Shown here: positions 38,055 to 49,711 of the stretch, piece by piece
Layout: each line of letters opens with the position of its first letter
How positions within the stretch are numbered: position 1 is the first letter of the stretch
Assembly (NCBI GenBank): GCA_963828735.1
Contig: CAWHFW010000001.1
Coordinates: forward strand, 64,001 to 128,000
DNA from: an uncultured Gemmatimonadales bacterium
Lineage (GTDB): Bacteria; Gemmatimonadota; Gemmatimonadetes; Gemmatimonadales; GWC2-71-9
Direction: 5' to 3'
DNA length: 64,000 bases
Notes under the pieces: generated by a model
What the model saw: the letters and a program-made list of their open reading frames with translations, nothing else
The model's database searches: none
Told to the model about the DNA's origin: nothing
Translations under genes and position numbers: made by a program

Positions 38055-38780
38055 ATGCGTAGCTATTGGCTGCGAATCCTGCTGGGCGCCTTTGCCGTGT
38101 TCGCGATCGGCATGCTCGGGATCACGATGGTCCGGCGGGGCCGGAACAAGGTGGAGGCGGTCTTCGCGGGCGCCGGGCCGCTGACCATCCCGACCCCGTT
38201 CGTGCCCTTCCAGCTGGGCGGCGACAAGCTCGGTACGATCGACCACCTCGTGGTCAACCGCGAGGCCCCCAAGAAGGTGTCCTCGATCGAGCTTCAGGTG
38301 AAGCTCGACGACCCGCTGGTCGCCCAGGGTCTGGCCGGGTGCCGGTTGGCGGCCAACGTCGAGTCGGACTCCACGAAGCCGCACGACGTCAACATTCACG
38401 TGAACCGGCTGAACGAGAAGGCCTTCTTCTTCTGCGCCGCCAGCGATTCGGGATTCGAAGAGTTCGGCTCGGTCGTGCTCATCCCGGGCGACATCACGCT
38501 GCCGCTGCTCGTGCCCGAATCGCTCGCCGGGCAGCTCCGGAGCGGCCACTGGTCGGACGACGACGACTCGACGGCGGACGCGATGGCCGAACGGGCGGAG
38601 TCGATCGCGGACCGCGCGCAGGAGATTGCGGATTCCGCTGCGGAGCAGGGCCAGCACGACGCGGCGATCGCGATTGCGCACTCGAAGCTGGGGGATTCGC
38701 TGCGCGCGGAAGGCAAGCGCCGCGCGGACTCGCTGCACAAGGCGCTCGGTCGGATGGCGGACTCGGCGAAGCCGCGCTAG
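38055..38780 (+). CDS. Hypothetical single-pass membrane protein (possibly MCE/MlaD-like) with C-terminal helical tail
   Basis: GGGAGG RBS, N-terminal TM, typical codon usage. Confidence 0.65.
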   Translation: MRSYWLRILLGAFAVFAIGMLGITMVRRGRNKVEAVFAGAGPLTIPTPFVPFQLGGDKLGTIDHLVVNREAPKKVSSIELQVKLDDPLVAQGLAGCRLAANVESDSTKPHDVNIHVNRLNEKAFFFCAASDSGFEEFGSVVLIPGDITLPLLVPESLAGQLRSGHWSDDDDSTADAMAERAESIADRAQEIADSAAEQGQHDAAIAIAHSKLGDSLRAEGKRRADSLHKALGRMADSAKPR

Positions 38781-38791
38781 CTTCGGGAACG

Positions 38792-39394
38792 ATGCTTCTC
38801 GTCCTCGACAACTACGACAGCTTCACCTACAACCTCGTTCAGTACGCCGGTGAGCTCGGCGCGGAGCCGGTGGTCTACCGGAACGACGCGCTGAGTGTCG
38901 AGGCCGCACTGGCGCTCGATCCCGCAGCCATCGTCATCTCACCCGGACCATGCACCCCCCGCGAAGCCGGCATCAGCGTGCCCCTCGTCCGCGCCGCCGC
39001 GGCGGCCGGCGTGCCAGTGCTCGGCGTCTGCCTGGGTCACCAGGCTATCGGGGAAGCGTTCGGCGGCCAGGTCGTGCGCGCGGACCGCCTCATGCACGGC
39101 AAGACGACGATGGTGGCTCACACCGGTCATGCGGTCTTCGAGGGCCTGCCTTCGCCGTTCGAGGCGATGCGCTACCACTCGCTGGTCGTGGCGCCGGAGC
39201 GGATGCCGGCGGAGCTGGAGGTGACAGCCTGGTCCTCGGACCGCACGCCCGGCAGTGAGGTCATGGCTGTCTGTCACCGTACACTCCCGGTGTACGGCGT
39301 CCAGTTCCACCCGGAGTCCGTCGGCACCGGTCACGGGAAGCGCATTCTGGCGAATTTCCTTTCCGCAGCAATGGTTCCGCTCTCACCCGTCTGA
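38792..39394 (+). CDS. trpG: Anthranilate/aminodeoxychorismate synthase component II (glutamine amidotransferase)
   Basis: [32 protein letters not shown] and QFHPES motifs. TrpG versus PabA cannot be distinguished here. Confidence 0.9.
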   Translation: MLLVLDNYDSFTYNLVQYAGELGAEPVVYRNDALSVEAALALDPAAIVISPGPCTPREAGISVPLVRAAAAAGVPVLGVCLGHQAIGEAFGGQVVRADRLMHGKTTMVAHTGHAVFEGLPSPFEAMRYHSLVVAPERMPAELEVTAWSSDRTPGSEVMAVCHRTLPVYGVQFHPESVGTGHGKRILANFLSAAMVPLSPV

Positions 39395-39397
39395 TCG

Positions 39398-41614
39398 ATG
39401 CGCGCTCGCATCCTCGGATTCGGCCTCGCGGCTCTCGTCGGATGCGGAAAGGATGACGAGTCCGCCCCTCCCCCGACCGTCGGCACTATCGAGATCTCGC
39501 CCTCCTCACCTACGCTCCCGGCCGGTGCTACCCTACAGCTCGCCGCTACACTGAAAGACGCGGACGGAAACGTCCTCAGCAGCCGGACCGTCACCTGGGC
39601 GTCCACCGTCCCCGGGGTGGCCGACGTGTCCACGGGCGGCTTGCTCGGTGCTCACGCAGCTGGACAGGCCACGATCAGCGCCACCGCCGACGGGGTGAGC
39701 GGGACCACGGCGGTCACCGTGCTGACATCGGTGGTCTCCGTGGTCGTCGCGCCCACTCCTGCGGCCGTCGCCCCGACGCGGGTAGTTCAGCTCACCGCCG
39801 TGCTTCGGGATGAAGCGGGCGACATCCTGGCTGATCGGGCGATTGCGTGGAGCAGCTCGGCGCCGGCGATCGCAACCGTCGACGCCGATGGGCTCGTCAC
39901 GGGCGTAACAGCGGGAACGGCGACCATTACCGCGACGGCCGAGGGAGTGCTGGGCAATAGCGTGGTCGTGGTGGATCCGGCCGCCGCGGTTGCGACGGTC
40001 GAGGTTGCGCCGCCGGCCGTGATCGTCTCGCAGCATGGAACCGTGCAGCTCACGGCCACGGCGCGGAACGCCGCGAACGAGGTGCTCCTCGGCCATCCCG
40101 TGCAGTGGGCAAGCGGCGACGACGGCAAGGTCTCGATCTCATCTACGGGCCTTGTTGAGGGACTGGCCGTGGGCGGCCCGATCACGGTAACCGCCGCTGC
40201 CGAGGGGATCTTTGGCACCGCCTTGGTGACCATCACCGCTCCCGCAGTCGCCTCCGTGACGCTGACGCCGGGCGATCTCACCTTCGTCCCGGGCGGCGCG
40301 CTACACTTCGTCGCGCAGGTGCGGGACATCAGCGGCAACATCCTCACCGACCGGACCGTCGCCTGGAGCAGCTCGGCGCCGAGCGTCGTCTCGATCGGCA
40401 CGGCGCTGCCCTTCGATCCGGATGCGGGCTACCCGGTGACCGTGACGGGCCTATCCGAGGGTTCGAGCACGCTCACCGCCACTGTGGACGGCGTATCCGG
40501 AGACGCCACCCTCACCGTCCAGCGTGTCTCGTTCGCGAGTGTCTCCGTGGGACACACGCTGACCTGCGCCCTCGACACGGGAGGACGCGCCTTCTGCTGG
40601 GGCACGGGAGGAACCGGAGAGCTCGGGGCGGGTGACATCCCTGGCCTGGACGGAAACCAGGATGCTCCTCTCCTCGCGCAGCCTTCACTCGTGTTCAGTG
40701 CGGTATCCGTGGGCGGGGGATCTCCGTGTGGACTGGCCGTCTCGGGAGAGGGTTGGTGCTGGGGTGCGGCGCTGTTCGGAGGGCTGGGCGTCGACCCGCT
40801 GCCCGGCGCGTGCAATCCCAACCTCCCACTCACCCCCTGTTCCACCCAGGCGGTCACGGTCGCGGGTGGCCTCGCCTTCACGCGCCTCACGGCGGGCGGC
40901 ACTGACACGTGCGCGCTGACTTCCGGCGGGGCCGCCTACTGCTGGGGCGCCAACCACTGGGGACAGATCGGCAACGCCGCGAGCAGCATCTGCGCGAGCT
41001 ACCCCTGCAACTTGACGCCGACTCAGGTCGTCGGCGGTCACCTGTTCGAGGAGATCGCGGTTGGCCTGCTCCACGCCTGCGGTCGAATTGCCGACGGATC
41101 CGTGTACTGCTGGGGCAAGAATACGGACGGCCAGCTCGGCAATCCGGCGGCCGGCGAATCGAGCGGCACTCCAATCCTCGTGGCCGGCGGCATCGCGTTC
41201 GCGCACGTCACCGCCGGCGGGAACCACACCTGCGGGCTCGATGGCAACGGCACGGCCTATTGTTGGGGCAGCAACATTTTCGGCGAGCTCGGCACCGGCT
41301 CCTCGAGTCAGAGCGCCGGGAGCCCGCAGGCCGTCTTCGGCGGCATCACCTTCACGTCGATCACCGCCAGCATTTACACCACATGTGGAACGGCCTCGAG
41401 CGGTGCCCGGTGCTGGGGGAGCGGGGACTACGGCACGCTCGGCACCGGGTCGTTGTCCTCGAGCAGCATTCCCGCGCTGGTGAGTGGTGGCCGTGATTTC
41501 ACTACACTCTCGGCCGGAAGCTATCGTACCTGCGGAATCACCGGCGGCGGGCGCCTCCTGTGCTGGCCGGCGGGCGACGTCCTGACCCCTGTCGAAGTCA
41601 TCGGGCAACTGTAG
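39398..41614 (+). CDS. Surface lipoprotein with ~4 Ig-like (Big_2) domains and an RCC1-repeat beta-propeller
   Basis: Lipobox LAALVGC. Repeated QLxA..D..G..L..R.V.W.S......V...G.......G...I.A units. Repeated CWG...GELG / HTCG RCC1 units. Confidence 0.85.
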   Translation: MRARILGFGLAALVGCGKDDESAPPPTVGTIEISPSSPTLPAGATLQLAATLKDADGNVLSSRTVTWASTVPGVADVSTGGLLGAHAAGQATISATADGVSGTTAVTVLTSVVSVVVAPTPAAVAPTRVVQLTAVLRDEAGDILADRAIAWSSSAPAIATVDADGLVTGVTAGTATITATAEGVLGNSVVVVDPAAAVATVEVAPPAVIVSQHGTVQLTATARNAANEVLLGHPVQWASGDDGKVSISSTGLVEGLAVGGPITVTAAAEGIFGTALVTITAPAVASVTLTPGDLTFVPGGALHFVAQVRDISGNILTDRTVAWSSSAPSVVSIGTALPFDPDAGYPVTVTGLSEGSSTLTATVDGVSGDATLTVQRVSFASVSVGHTLTCALDTGGRAFCWGTGGTGELGAGDIPGLDGNQDAPLLAQPSLVFSAVSVGGGSPCGLAVSGEGWCWGAALFGGLGVDPLPGACNPNLPLTPCSTQAVTVAGGLAFTRLTAGGTDTCALTSGGAAYCWGANHWGQIGNAASSICASYPCNLTPTQVVGGHLFEEIAVGLLHACGRIADGSVYCWGKNTDGQLGNPAAGESSGTPILVAGGIAFAHVTAGGNHTCGLDGNGTAYCWGSNIFGELGTGSSSQSAGSPQAVFGGITFTSITASIYTTCGTASSGARCWGSGDYGTLGTGSLSSSSIPALVSGGRDFTTLSAGSYRTCGITGGGRLLCWPAGDVLTPVEVIGQL

Positions 41615-41758
41615 TCCGCGCCAGTAGCCTGGTCACCATCGATGCTGGCGCCCATCAGTGGCCCGACGATGCAGCAACCGTGATCATCGGACAGTAACTC
41701 ATTGCCGGGCGCGACGATACGGCCACCACCCCGCTGCGCTCGGTCTGCGGCACGCGTT

Positions 41759-41787
41759 TTGACTCGCCTTTCGCACTCGATTACTTT
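41759..41787 (+). promoter_or_regulatory. Putative sigma70-type promoter for kdsB-pyrG-kds-lpt-rpoN operon
   Basis: TTGACT (41759-64), 17 nt, TACTTT (41782-87). ATG at 41793. Confidence 0.6.
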
Positions 41788-41792
41788 TGGTG

Positions 41793-44201
<2,409 letters not shown>

Positions 44202-44202
<1 letters not shown>

Positions 44203-45002
44203 TGGGCTGGACGTTCGCGCGCGCGCCGTTTCTCATCGCGGGGCCATGCGTCGTCGAACCGGGCGACGTGCTTCCGCGAGTCGCGGAAGCGCTGGCGAGA
44301 ATCAGCGCCGCGCGAGGATTGTCGGTGTGTTTCAAGGCGAGCTTCGATAAGGCGAACCGGGCGCGCGGGGACGCGCCGCGCGGCCCCGGCCTCGAAGAGG
44401 GGCTTCGGGTGCTCGAACGGGTGCGCGCGGCGAGCGGCCTTGCCGTGCTGACCGACATCCACGAGTCCGGCCAGGCGGCGCCTGCCGCGGAGGTCGCGGA
44501 CGCGCTCCAGATCCCGGCCTTCCTTTCGCGCCAGACCGACCTGCTCGTGGCCGCGGGGCGCACGGGCCGCCCGGTGAACGTCAAGAAGGGGCAATGGATG
44601 CAGGCGGACGCGATGGCGGGCGCGCTCGACAAGGTGCGGAGCGGCGGCAGCGCGGATGTCGCGGTCACCGAGCGCGGAACCTTCTTCGGCTACGGCGACC
44701 TCGTGGTGGACGTGCGGAATTTCGCGCGGCTTCGCGCGGCCACGGGCGCGCCGGTGATCTTCGACGCGACCCACGCCGTGCAGCAGCCGGGGCAGGGGAC
44801 GGGCGGTGCCAGCGGAGGGCAACGCGAACACATCCCGGCGCTGCTCGCGGCCGCGGCCGTGGCGGGTGCCGACGGCTTCTTCCTCGAGACGCATCCCGAT
44901 CCCGCCACCGCGCTGAGCGACGCGGCCACCCAGTGGCCGCTCGATCGACTGGACGCGTTGGTGGCGCGGACGCTCGATCTGTGGAGGCGGGCGCATGATT
45001 GA
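44202..45002 (+). CDS. kdsA: KDO 8-phosphate synthase
   Basis: IAGPCVVE, FKASFDKANR, QIPAFLSRQTDL, NVKKGQ, ERGTFFGY and DATHAVQ motifs. Confidence 0.95.
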
Positions 45003-45549
45003 GCCAGCGCTGGCCCGGCGAATCCGCCTCCTCGCGCTGGACGTGGACGGCGTCCTCACCGACAACGGGATCTTCGTGGGCCCGATCGACGGACAGCCGG
45101 TCGAGCTCAAGCGGTTCGACATTCAGGATGGCCTGGGCCTCGTGCTCATGCGGACCGCGGGCATCCCGGTGGTGTGGGTGAGCGGCCGCCACTCCGAGGC
45201 CACGACGGCGAGGGCGCGCGAGCTTCACGTGGACGAGGTGCTGCAGGTCCGCGGGCCCGAGAAGCTCGAAGCGTTCGCGTCGCTGCTCGAGCGGTGGCGA
45301 ATCGGCTGGGCGGAGGCGGCATTCGTCGGCGACGACCTGGCCGACCTGCAGGTGCTGCGGCGGGTCGGGCTTCCCCTGGCGGTCGCGAACGCGGTCGACG
45401 AGGTGAAGGCCGTCGCGGCCTACGTGACGCGGGCCCGCGGGGGACACGGCGCGGTGCGTGAGATCGTCGACGGGCTGCTCAAGGCGCGAGGAGTCTGGGA
45501 AGACCTGCTCGAGCGATACTTCACGGAGCCCGCGATCCGTGCCGTTTGA
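44995..45549 (+). CDS. kdsC: KDO 8-phosphate phosphatase (HAD)
   Basis: LDVDGVLTD, KRFDIQDG, GDDLAD and GGHGAVRE motifs. Confidence 0.92.
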   Translation: MIEPALARRIRLLALDVDGVLTDNGIFVGPIDGQPVELKRFDIQDGLGLVLMRTAGIPVVWVSGRHSEATTARARELHVDEVLQVRGPEKLEAFASLLERWRIGWAEAAFVGDDLADLQVLRRVGLPLAVANAVDEVKAVAAYVTRARGGHGAVREIVDGLLKARGVWEDLLERYFTEPAIRAV

Positions 45550-46504
45550 CGATGCCGGGCTTGTGGCCCTGGGGCGGCGGGTGGTGGAGCTCGAGGCCTC
45601 GGCCATCCGGAGCGTCGGCGCTCGCCTCGATGAGCGATTCGCCCGGGCGGTGCGGCTGCTGGCCGACGCGTCGGGACGCGTGATCGTCTCGGGCGTGGGA
45701 AAGTCGGGCCTCATCGCGCGGAAGCTCGCCGCCACGCTGACGTCCACCGGCACGGCAGCGACGTATCTCCATCCGGTGGACTCGCTCCACGGCGATCTGG
45801 GAATCGTCGGGCGGAGCGATGTCGCGATCGTGTTGAGCAAGAGCGGGGAGTCGGAGGAGCTGTTCGGGCTCGTGGGGTCGCTCCAGCGAATGGGGGTGCC
45901 CATCATCGCCATCACCGGGGCGATGGATTCCACGTTGGCGCGGGTCGCCGCCGTGACGCTCGACGGCGGCGTCGCCGAGGAGGCATGCCCGCACGTTCTC
46001 GCCCCGACCACCAGCACCACCGCGGCGCTCGCGCTCGGTGACGCGCTGGCCGTCACCTTGCTCGAGGTGAAGGGCTTTCGGCGGGAGGACTTCGCCGAGC
46101 TCCACCCGGGCGGCTCGCTCGGTCGAAAGCTGCTCCTCAGGGTGCGCGACGTGATGGTCCATCCCGGGCACGTGCTGTCGCCGGACGCGACGATGCGTCA
46201 TGCGGTCGTCAGCCTGGCGCACGATCGCGGACTGGCGCTGGTGGCGGAGCGAGGCCGGCTGGTCGGGGTGCTCACGACCGGCGATCTGACGCGGCTGGCC
46301 GAGCGCGACCCGGGCTTTCTCGATTGCCCGGTGCGCGAGGTCATGACCGGGACGCCCAAGACGGCGGGGCCCGAGGATCTCGCGGCCGCGGCCGTGGGCA
46401 CGATGGAGCGCCACGGGGTCATCGCGCTCCCGGTGCTCGATGATTCGGGCGCGGTAGTGGGCGCGGTGCACCTGCACGACCTGATGCGCGCGGGGGCGGT
46501 ATGA
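45539..46504 (+). CDS. kdsD: Arabinose 5-phosphate isomerase (KpsF/GutQ, SIS+CBS)
   Basis: GVGKSG, HGDLG, SKSGES, EACP..APTTSTT, GDALA and HPGGSLG motifs. GTG start 45539. Confidence 0.93.
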   Translation: MPFDDAGLVALGRRVVELEASAIRSVGARLDERFARAVRLLADASGRVIVSGVGKSGLIARKLAATLTSTGTAATYLHPVDSLHGDLGIVGRSDVAIVLSKSGESEELFGLVGSLQRMGVPIIAITGAMDSTLARVAAVTLDGGVAEEACPHVLAPTTSTTAALALGDALAVTLLEVKGFRREDFAELHPGGSLGRKLLLRVRDVMVHPGHVLSPDATMRHAVVSLAHDRGLALVAERGRLVGVLTTGDLTRLAERDPGFLDCPVREVMTGTPKTAGPEDLAAAAVGTMERHGVIALPVLDDSGAVVGAVHLHDLMRAGAV

Positions 46505-47106
46505 GCGAGCGGAAGGCCCGACGCGGCCATGCCGGCGAATGGGGGCGAAGCGCCGCGCTCTCCGTCCTTGGCGTCGTCGCCGTCTGCTCGGTTCTCTCAT
46601 GCGAGGACCCGGGCGCCCGGCCGACGACGACCGTGCAGGCCACCGACAGCGCCGATCAAGTGCTCGAGGGATTCTCGCACTGGATCACGAAGGACGGCAT
46701 TCGGCGAAGTGAGGTGCAGGCCGACACGGCGTTCTTCTACGAGAACACCCAGGTGACGCAGCTCAAGAACGTGCGGGTGGTGTTCTACGACATCGACGGC
46801 AAGGAAAGCTCCACCCTGACCTCCAAGACCGGCACGTATCGCTGGCAGGACGGCTCCATGCAGGCCAACGGCACGGTGGTGGTGATCTCGCCGGACGGGC
46901 GCAAGCTCCAGACCGACACGCTCAAGTACGACAACGCGACGAACACGATCTCGACCGATACGCATTTCGTCATGGACCGGGGGACGGATCACCTGGAGGG
47001 CGACAGCTTCCGCTCCGACCCGGACTTCCGGAACGTCGTCACCAACAAGCCGGTCGGCAGGGCGGGCGATGGTGTGCTGCTGCCGGGGCAGGACCACTCG
47101 CCGTGA
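46501..47106 (+). CDS. lptC: LPS export periplasmic protein LptC
   Basis: N-terminal anchor/lipobox (VLSC). Beta-jellyroll-type ADTA..Y, LTSKTG, G.VVV...G.KLQTD.L.YD...I.TD sequence. Synteny after kdsD. Confidence 0.8.
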   Translation: MSERKARRGHAGEWGRSAALSVLGVVAVCSVLSCEDPGARPTTTVQATDSADQVLEGFSHWITKDGIRRSEVQADTAFFYENTQVTQLKNVRVVFYDIDGKESSTLTSKTGTYRWQDGSMQANGTVVVISPDGRKLQTDTLKYDNATNTISTDTHFVMDRGTDHLEGDSFRSDPDFRNVVTNKPVGRAGDGVLLPGQDHSP

Positions 47107-48551
47107 GCTCGTTTCGCCGGGTCCGGTTCGGCTGGCGAGCGCCGGGGGCGGCGCTGGCGATGATCGTCTGGCTCCTGCCGAGCCGGGCCGGCGCCCAGGT
47201 GCCGACGCCCAAGCCGCCGGCGGGTAAGCCGCCCGCGGCCCCCGCCGCACCGAAGCCGTCGCCCAGCGCGCCGAAGCCCGCCACGCCCGCGTCGCAGCGG
47301 TGCGTCTTTCAGGTCGACAACGTCGACCGCCAGGGCGCCGTCAACGAGACGCCGACGGGGACGAATTACTTCGCCGGCGGCAATGTCCGGCTGAGCTGTC
47401 GCGGCACGCGGATCACGATGCAGAGCGACAGCGTCGCCGCCTACGCCGGCAACGTCGTGCAGTTCATCGGCAACGTGCACTACCGCGACTCCACGCTCAC
47501 CATGGATGCCGACTTCGGCACGTATTACAAAAGCGGCGAGCGGTGGGAAGCGCGCGGACACGTGAACACCAAGAACCTCCGGACCGGCTCGACACTCACC
47601 GGTCCTTCGCTCGACTACTATCGGGTGGTGAAGGGAGTGCGGGATACGCTCGAGATGTACGCCGTGGGCCGGCCCAAGATCAACTACGTCGAGGCCGACA
47701 GCGTGGGCGGGAGCAAGCTGGAGCCGTACGTGATCGTGGCCGACCGGGTCCGCTTCAAGGGCAACGACCGGATCTGGGCCGGCGGCAAGGCGACAATCGA
47801 CCGGAGCGACTTCGCCGCGCGGAGCGACTCGATGCGCCTGGACACGGGGAAGGGAAGCGACGGCACGCTGATCGGCGGGGAGCCCATCCTGCGCGGGATC
47901 AGTGCCGACAGCTTCCGGCTCATGGGCAAGCGGATCGATCTGGCGCTGCAGCAGCGCGAGCTGAGCAAGGTGTCGGCCAAGGGGCAGGGCCACGCGGTGA
48001 ACCGCGACTGGGACCTCACGGCCGACACCATCGCCATCGACCTCAAGGCGCGGAAGATCGAGCGAACGCTGGCCTGGGGCGCCACCACCCGGCCGTACGC
48101 GGTGTCCATCGCCTACGCGATGCGCGCCGATTCCCTCGCGCTCGACTCGCCCGGCCAGCTGCTGCGGCAGGTGCGCGGCTATCGCAAGGCCTGGCTTGGC
48201 GGCACGGTGGACTCGGCCACGAAGGATCGCGACTGGATGCGAGGGGACACGGTCATCGCCAGCTTCACGCCGTCCGATTCCGCGGGTAAGAAGCGGGCCG
48301 TGCTCAGCCGGATCGAGGCGCGGGCGGCCGCGCAGTCCTATCACCTGGACCGGAACGCGAAAGCGCCGCACCGTCCGTCGATCAACTACGCCCGCGGCGA
48401 TGCGATCGTCGTGACGATGAAGAACACGCCGGAGGGCGGGGTCGACCGCGTGGACATTCGGGGCAAGGTGGACGGCATCCAGCTCGAGGCGGCGGTGGAC
48501 ACGACCGCGACGGCGGCGGACAGCACGAAGCGCCCGAAAGGTGGACGATGA
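47103..48551 (+). CDS. Long LptA/OstA-like beta-jellyroll protein
   Basis: Signal peptide and Pro-rich linker, then repeated GNV.....  / L.AD...Y / G.V beta motifs. Located between lptC and lptB. Confidence 0.7.
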   Translation: MSSFRRVRFGWRAPGAALAMIVWLLPSRAGAQVPTPKPPAGKPPAAPAAPKPSPSAPKPATPASQRCVFQVDNVDRQGAVNETPTGTNYFAGGNVRLSCRGTRITMQSDSVAAYAGNVVQFIGNVHYRDSTLTMDADFGTYYKSGERWEARGHVNTKNLRTGSTLTGPSLDYYRVVKGVRDTLEMYAVGRPKINYVEADSVGGSKLEPYVIVADRVRFKGNDRIWAGGKATIDRSDFAARSDSMRLDTGKGSDGTLIGGEPILRGISADSFRLMGKRIDLALQQRELSKVSAKGQGHAVNRDWDLTADTIAIDLKARKIERTLAWGATTRPYAVSIAYAMRADSLALDSPGQLLRQVRGYRKAWLGGTVDSATKDRDWMRGDTVIASFTPSDSAGKKRAVLSRIEARAAAQSYHLDRNAKAPHRPSINYARGDAIVVTMKNTPEGGVDRVDIRGKVDGIQLEAAVDTTATAADSTKRPKGGR

Positions 48552-49711
48552 GCGCGCCCGAGTGGGTCGCCGCGCTCGGGGACCGGGACCCGTCGGTGGC
48601 CATCGCGCTGGCGGCCATCACCCGGGCGGCCGGCCCGAACGACGTCGCGGGGTTCGGCGACCTCGTCATGAGCTATCGCGAGGCGCACCTCGCCTGCTAC
48701 CAGGGGACCGCGAACCCGCCGGCGCAGGAGATCAGCGGCGACGCGGTGCGCGACCACCTCCGGAAATCGGTCCTGCCCCGGCTCAGCGTCGAAGGCTGGC
48801 TGCTCGACACGTCGGCCAGTGACTGGGAGCCCGTGCAGCCGCGCGTGGCCTGGTGGGGCGTCGGCGGGGAGGACCGCCAGGCCATCTACGGCGCGCTGCT
48901 CGCAGCCGCGCGTCGCGCCGCGCAGCGCTCCAAGCCGCAGGCGCCACAGCGCGCCTCGACGAGCGTGCTCGAGGGCACGCGCCTGGTGAAGACCTTCAAG
49001 GATCGCCGGGTCGTCAACGAGGTGAGCGTCAAGGTGGAGCAGGGGGAGATCGTGGGCCTCCTGGGGCCCAACGGGGCGGGAAAGACCACGACCTTCTACC
49101 TTATAACGGGGTTGATCCGGCCCGACTCGGGCCAGGTGAAGCTCGACGGGCTCGATCTCACCCGTTCTCCGATGTACGAGCGGGCGCGCTCGGGCATCGG
49201 ATATCTGGCGCAGGAACCGTCGATCTTTCGAAAAATGACGGTCGAGGAAAATATTCTCGCGATCCTCGAGACGCGCCGGTTGGGACGGGACGAGCGTCAG
49301 CGCCAGCTGGACCGCATGCTCGACGAGCTGTCCATCAAGCACCTGCGGCGGAGCCGGGCGTACAGCCTGAGCGGCGGCGAGCGCCGTCGGCTCGAGATCA
49401 CCAGGGCCCTCGTCACCGAGCCCAAGTTCATGCTGCTCGACGAGCCCTTCGCGGGCGTCGATCCGATCGCGGTGCACGACATCCAGACCATCGTCGCCGG
49501 ACTCCGCCATCGGGGCATCGGCGTCCTGATCACTGACCACAACGTCGAGCAAACGCTCGACATCGTCGACCGGGCATACATCATGTTCGAAGGAAAAGTG
49601 CAGGCCGCCGGGAAGGTGAGTGACCTCGTGTACGATGACCGGGTGGCGCAGCTCTATCTGGGCCCCACCCTCACCGCGCGTCTGCGCGCCCGCCTGGAGT
49701 CGGTGGCATGA
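48548..49711 (+). CDS. lptB: LPS export ABC ATPase LptB with ~138-aa N-terminal extension
   Basis: GLLGPNGAGKTTTFY, GIGYLAQEPSIFRKMTVEENI, LSGGERRRLEI, LDEPFAGVDPIAV, ITDHNV and YLG motifs. Confidence 0.92.
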   Translation: MSAPEWVAALGDRDPSVAIALAAITRAAGPNDVAGFGDLVMSYREAHLACYQGTANPPAQEISGDAVRDHLRKSVLPRLSVEGWLLDTSASDWEPVQPRVAWWGVGGEDRQAIYGALLAAARRAAQRSKPQAPQRASTSVLEGTRLVKTFKDRRVVNEVSVKVEQGEIVGLLGPNGAGKTTTFYLITGLIRPDSGQVKLDGLDLTRSPMYERARSGIGYLAQEPSIFRKMTVEENILAILETRRLGRDERQRQLDRMLDELSIKHLRRSRAYSLSGGERRRLEITRALVTEPKFMLLDEPFAGVDPIAVHDIQTIVAGLRHRGIGVLITDHNVEQTLDIVDRAYIMFEGKVQAAGKVSDLVYDDRVAQLYLGPTLTARLRARLESVA

